Virus record (IMG/VR): IMGVR_UViG_3300043468_001049
Direction: 5' to 3' (one strand)
DNA: 20,000 bases
From: an uncultured virus (IMG/VR IMGVR_UViG_3300043468_001049)
Lineage: Duplodnaviria > Heunggongvirae > Uroviricota > Caudoviricetes
Position 1 is the first letter of the stretch. Every line of letters starts with the position of its first letter. Shown here one piece after another: positions 16,305 through 20,000 of this stretch. The position numbers and the translations under genes were made by a program. The notes below the pieces were generated by a model that saw nothing but the letters and a program-made list of their open reading frames with translations, ran no database searches and was not told where the DNA came from.

Positions 16305-17131
16305 AAGTTATTGATACTTTTATGTTCTGTAATGAACTTGATATGCTTGAAGGTAGACTTGAATACCTTTACGATCATGTTGATCATTTTGTTTTGGTTG
16401 AAGCGCCAATCACGCAAAGTGGGCATGAAAAGCCGATGCACTTCATGAATAACATCTCCAGATATAAAAAGTACATAGACAAAATCATCTACTTTCCCTT
16501 TGTGTGCAAAAGAAGTGATTTTGATTTCGATAAAATTCCAAACCACGAGAGAGACTATAACACAGGACCATGGCAAGTTGAGAATGGTCAACGCGATCAC
16601 ATAACAGAATGTCTTGGATTATTCTCAGATGACTCACTTATCTTTATAAGTGACTGCGATGAAATCTATCATAAAGATTGCATTGGAATTGCAAAAGATT
16701 GTTTCGCAAGTGGTTATGAAGCGTTATCCATTCAAATGGATCATTATCAGTTTAATTTTGAAAACAAATCTAAGAATAATCAAATACTCTTTAGTACCGT
16801 CTCAACAAATGCATACACTAAAAGAGAAAGAGCCAAAAACGTCCACAATAACAGATATTCTCATGCAGTAATTCATAATGGTGGATGGCATTTAAGTTGG
16901 TGGTTGGATCCAAAAGCAATTCAGTATAAGATTGAAACATTTGCTCATCAGGAAAAGAATCAAGAACAATTTAAGAGCATGGAGTATATAAACAAGAAAC
17001 TTCAAGAAGGTGGCGATATCTTTAATCGCGACCCTAATGTTCATGCATTTGAGAAAGGTGATGTTGCTAACATCCCAGAAAATGTCTATAGAATTTTCAA
17101 TGGTATTCAGCAGAAAATTGATGATCTATGA
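16301..17131 (+). CDS. Glycosyltransferase family 17-like protein (MGAT3 / beta-1,4-GlcNAc transferase-like)
   Basis: DTFMFxNELDMLExRL, VDHFVLVEA, ExxQR, DxD motif SDCDEI, GGWHLSW and KIETFAHQE match the GT17 pattern. Confidence 0.82.
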   Translation: MKVIDTFMFCNELDMLEGRLEYLYDHVDHFVLVEAPITQSGHEKPMHFMNNISRYKKYIDKIIYFPFVCKRSDFDFDKIPNHERDYNTGPWQVENGQRDHITECLGLFSDDSLIFISDCDEIYHKDCIGIAKDCFASGYEALSIQMDHYQFNFENKSKNNQILFSTVSTNAYTKRERAKNVHNNRYSHAVIHNGGWHLSWWLDPKAIQYKIETFAHQEKNQEQFKSMEYINKKLQEGGDIFNRDPNVHAFEKGDVANIPENVYRIFNGIQQKIDDL

Positions 17132-18594
17132 TTGAGCACGTTGTAATTGAAAAAGTAAATAACATCTATGTCCAAGTGACTGCTGAACCTGCCATCTTGC
17201 AAGAGATGTCAGAGTTCTTTACATTTTCAACTCCAGGCTATCAATTTTCTCCAGCATTTCGCAATAAATACTGGGACGGAAAGATTCGACTCTTGAATCT
17301 GAATACAAGACAAATTTATCTTGGTTTAGTTCCGTATATCAAAAAGTTTTGCAAGGATAGCAACTACACCTGTGAGTACATCGATGAAGAAAAGGAAATC
17401 TATCCTGTTGACACCAAAAATCTGGCTTCGGCTCTTTCTTTGTCAATTGAACCCAGAGATTATCAACTCCTTGCGTCAAGCGTCGGACTTACGAAGAAGA
17501 GAACTGTACTCATTTCACCAACAGCGTCAGGAAAATCACTAATCATCTATATGATGATCCGCCACCTGTTGAACACAGGTAAGAAGCGTGGATTGTTGAT
17601 TGTTCCTACGATTAATCTCGTCACTCAGATGCATTCTGACTTTAAGAACTATTCATCTATAAATGGATGGGATGTAGACAAGTATTGTCAGAAGATTTAT
17701 GGTGGTGAAAGCAAGATACCTGATAGTGATCTTGTAATATCAACTTGGCAATCTATCTATGAGATGCCAAAGAAATACTTTGCGCAGTTTGATTTCATCA
17801 TTGGCGACGAAGCACATACATTTAAAGCCAAGTCATTAACTTCTATCATGACTAAACTCATCAACTGTGATGTGCGTATTGGCACGACAGGTACACTTGA
17901 TGATAGCAAGGTCAATAAACTAGTTCTTGAAGGATTATTCGGTCCTACGTTCAAAGTTATTTCCACAAAAGAACTCATTGAGCGTAAACAACTCGCCAAC
18001 TTCAGCATCAAGTGCATTGTATTGAAGTATCCAGAAATAGTTTGTAAAACAGTTAAAGGTTTTACTTATCAGGACGAGATGGGGTTTCTCGTTCAACACG
18101 AAGGGCGCAATCGCTTCATCACTGATCTTGCGTTGAATCTCAAAGGCAATAGTCTTGTTTTATTTACTTATGTTGAAAAACACGGTAAACTATTATTCGA
18201 ATGGATAACTGAAAAAGCAAATGGTCGAAAAGTATTTTTTATTCATGGTGGGGTTGAAGCAGAAGATCGCGAAGCAGTAAGACATATCACTGAACAAGAA
18301 AACGATGCGATCATTGTGGCAAGTTACGGAACATTCTCTACTGGAGTAAACATTCGTAACCTACATAATATTATATTCTCCTCTCCAACAAAGAGTAAAA
18401 TTCGAGCATTGCAGTCCATTGGGCGTGTGCTGCGTCTAGGTGAAAATAAAGAAGCAGCAACACTGTACGATATCGCTGATGATCTACGTTATGGTCCTTA
18501 TACAAACTTCACATTGAAGCACTATGAGGAACGGGTGAAGATCTACAGTGAAGAAAAATTTCCTTTCACAACGAATAACGTAAGGATAAATTAA
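17128..18594 (+). CDS. uvsW: SF2 DNA helicase UvsW
   Basis: WDGKIRL, PRDYQ, SPTASGKS, DEAH, TGT, ASYGTFSTGVNI and LQSIGRVLR motifs. Confidence 0.97.
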   Translation: MIEHVVIEKVNNIYVQVTAEPAILQEMSEFFTFSTPGYQFSPAFRNKYWDGKIRLLNLNTRQIYLGLVPYIKKFCKDSNYTCEYIDEEKEIYPVDTKNLASALSLSIEPRDYQLLASSVGLTKKRTVLISPTASGKSLIIYMMIRHLLNTGKKRGLLIVPTINLVTQMHSDFKNYSSINGWDVDKYCQKIYGGESKIPDSDLVISTWQSIYEMPKKYFAQFDFIIGDEAHTFKAKSLTSIMTKLINCDVRIGTTGTLDDSKVNKLVLEGLFGPTFKVISTKELIERKQLANFSIKCIVLKYPEIVCKTVKGFTYQDEMGFLVQHEGRNRFITDLALNLKGNSLVLFTYVEKHGKLLFEWITEKANGRKVFFIHGGVEAEDREAVRHITEQENDAIIVASYGTFSTGVNIRNLHNIIFSSPTKSKIRALQSIGRVLRLGENKEAATLYDIADDLRYGPYTNFTLKHYEERVKIYSEEKFPFTTNNVRIN

Positions 18595-19040
18595 TGTCTG
18601 AAGATAAACCAGAATATAAACCAAGAGGTGAACTGCGATTCATTCGCTTGCGTTCTATCCCAGATGACATCATTGGATATGTAACTTATAAAGAAGGATA
18701 CATCACAGTAGAGTTGCCTCTGAGAATTGAAATTGAAACTATATTTGATGAAGGTCGGCAAATCTTAGCGATGCAAGAGTACCTCCCTCAATCAGTAATC
18801 GAGATCAAAGAAGTAGATTTTGATGATTATGAGGTATTATTTGCTTCACCAGTTCGCGCTGAATTTGTTGAACAATATGAATACGTTGCTGATTTTTTCT
18901 ATAATAACACAGCGCAAATTAAAACACCAGTTAAGAAAAAGACAACTGCTGACATTACTGCTAATACATCTGAAACAATGACAAAGGTTGTGTCAATTCT
19001 CGAAGCAATGCAAGCAAAAAAAGATAAACCAGTCCATTAA
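18594..19040 (+). CDS. Hypothetical protein at the uvsW-gp55 position (possibly small beta-barrel fold)
   Basis: TAATG coupling to uvsW; beta-rich N-terminal half; fold guess is tentative. Confidence 0.65.
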   Translation: MSEDKPEYKPRGELRFIRLRSIPDDIIGYVTYKEGYITVELPLRIEIETIFDEGRQILAMQEYLPQSVIEIKEVDFDDYEVLFASPVRAEFVEQYEYVADFFYNNTAQIKTPVKKKTTADITANTSETMTKVVSILEAMQAKKDKPVH

Positions 19041-19042
19041 TT

Positions 19043-19654
19043 ATGAAACGTTTAAACATTGAAATTAAAAAAGAACCATTCACTCATGTCATTTTACATG
19101 ATGTATATGAAAAACATGAATATGAAGGTGTTTGGTCTGAATTATTATTCTTACAAAAAAGAATGGTTCCTGGCTATATGACTGGAGCAGCAGGTGATAG
19201 TCTTGGGATCACTAAAAAACGAAACGCTGGGATATTTTTAAACGATGTTTATAGAAATCCAGAGTTCTCAAGCATCATGGTTTGCGCTCGGAATACAATC
19301 GCAGACCCCCATCTAAAGCATATTATTGATGGAATTGATGATACATACTTTGATCTTTACGATTCAATAAATTCAGATTCTACTATAGTTCAGTCATATG
19401 CTAATGGAGATTTTTATAAACCACACCGCGATGAATGTATCTTTACATCTATTTGTTGTTTATACAAAAAACCAAAAGCCTTTTCTGGTGGATTATTACA
19501 TTTTCCCAAATATGACTTTTTTATTGATTTAGAAGATAATCAATGCGTTATTTTCCCATCAAGAATTGAACATGGTGTCACAGAAATTAAAACAAATGAA
19601 TCAAATCCTGAATACAACAGATTCTCAATTAGTAACTTTATGAAGATTGTTTAA
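19043..19654 (+). CDS. 2OG-Fe(II) oxygenase (prolyl-4-hydroxylase-like superfamily)
   Basis: YANGDFYKPHRD (HxD), FSGGLLHF, VIFPSRIEHGV (distal His) and RFSI (2OG-binding Arg). Confidence 0.85.
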   Translation: MKRLNIEIKKEPFTHVILHDVYEKHEYEGVWSELLFLQKRMVPGYMTGAAGDSLGITKKRNAGIFLNDVYRNPEFSSIMVCARNTIADPHLKHIIDGIDDTYFDLYDSINSDSTIVQSYANGDFYKPHRDECIFTSICCLYKKPKAFSGGLLHFPKYDFFIDLEDNQCVIFPSRIEHGVTEIKTNESNPEYNRFSISNFMKIV

Positions 19655-19656
19655 TT

Positions 19657-20000
19657 ATGGCAAAAAATCACTATATCAATAATAAAGATTTCCTGAAAGA
19701 AATGACTGCGTATAGAACAGCAATACGCAAAGCAAAACGAGCAGGACAACCAAAGCCACAGATTCCTCGATACGTCGCTGAATGCTTTATGAAGATTGCT
19801 GAGAATCTTTCACACAAACCCAATTTCTTGTCTTATACTTTTCGAGATGAAATGGTTGCTGACGCGATTGAAAACTGCGTAATGTACGTTGACAATTTTG
19901 ACCCAGCAAAATCAAGCAATCCATTTGCCTATTTCACTCAAATAGTATATTATGCATTCTTACGTCGCATTCAGAAAGAAAAGAAACAATTGTATGTTAA
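19657..20000 (+). CDS. gp55: Late transcription sigma factor gp55, 5' part (truncated by window edge; absent from the ORF track)
   Basis: Manual translation MAKNHYINNKDFL...KIAENLSHKPNFLSYTFRDEMVADAIENC...NFDPAKSSNPFAYFTQIVYYAFLRRIQKEKKQ. Confidence 0.95.
   Translation, partial: MAKNHYINNKDFLKEMTAYRTAIRKAKRAGQPKPQIPRYVAECFMKIAENLSHKPNFLSYTFRDEMVADAIENCVMYVDNFDPAKSSNPFAYFTQIVYYAFLRRIQKEKKQLYV

Noticed and set aside
3898..18594. Introns, inteins, homing endonucleases, tRNAs or CRISPR arrays
   Set aside because: Usual host genes (gp17, gp20, gp23, uvsW) are contiguous and of normal length; intergenic gaps are short and show no cloverleaf or repeat-spacer pattern.
1..20000. Stop-codon reassignment (no called gene ends in TAG)
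   Set aside because: All core genes are full length in code 11; TAG appears as a tandem second stop (TAATAG after gp19, gp23, gp3), and its rarity fits AT-rich bias.

Overview
AT-rich segment of a large T4-like myovirus genome, with all recognisable genes on the + strand. It holds the core virion morphogenesis block (gp13, gp14, gp15, gp16, gp17, gp18, gp19, gp20, gp67-like, gp68-like, gp21, gp22, gp23), then gp3, uvsY, uvsW and the 5' part of the late sigma factor gp55. This order, with no gp24/hoc after gp23, resembles marine and freshwater T4-like phages more than coliphage T4. Six T4-type late promoters and a strong terminator after gp23 are visible. The most interesting points are: (i) three 2OG-Fe(II) oxygenase-like genes and a GT17-like glycosyltransferase inserted among core genes, alongside an enrichment of small-Asn-(Thr/Ser/Val) motifs in exposed virion proteins, which may reflect a virion hydroxylation/glycosylation system; (ii) a symmetric back-to-back sigma70 promoter pair inside an inverted repeat before uvsY, one arm firing antisense into the late genes; (iii) a ~67-aa domain shared by gp14 and gp15; and (iv) two unexplained ORFs inside the structural block. 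All calls come from motif recognition and synteny by eye; no database search was run.
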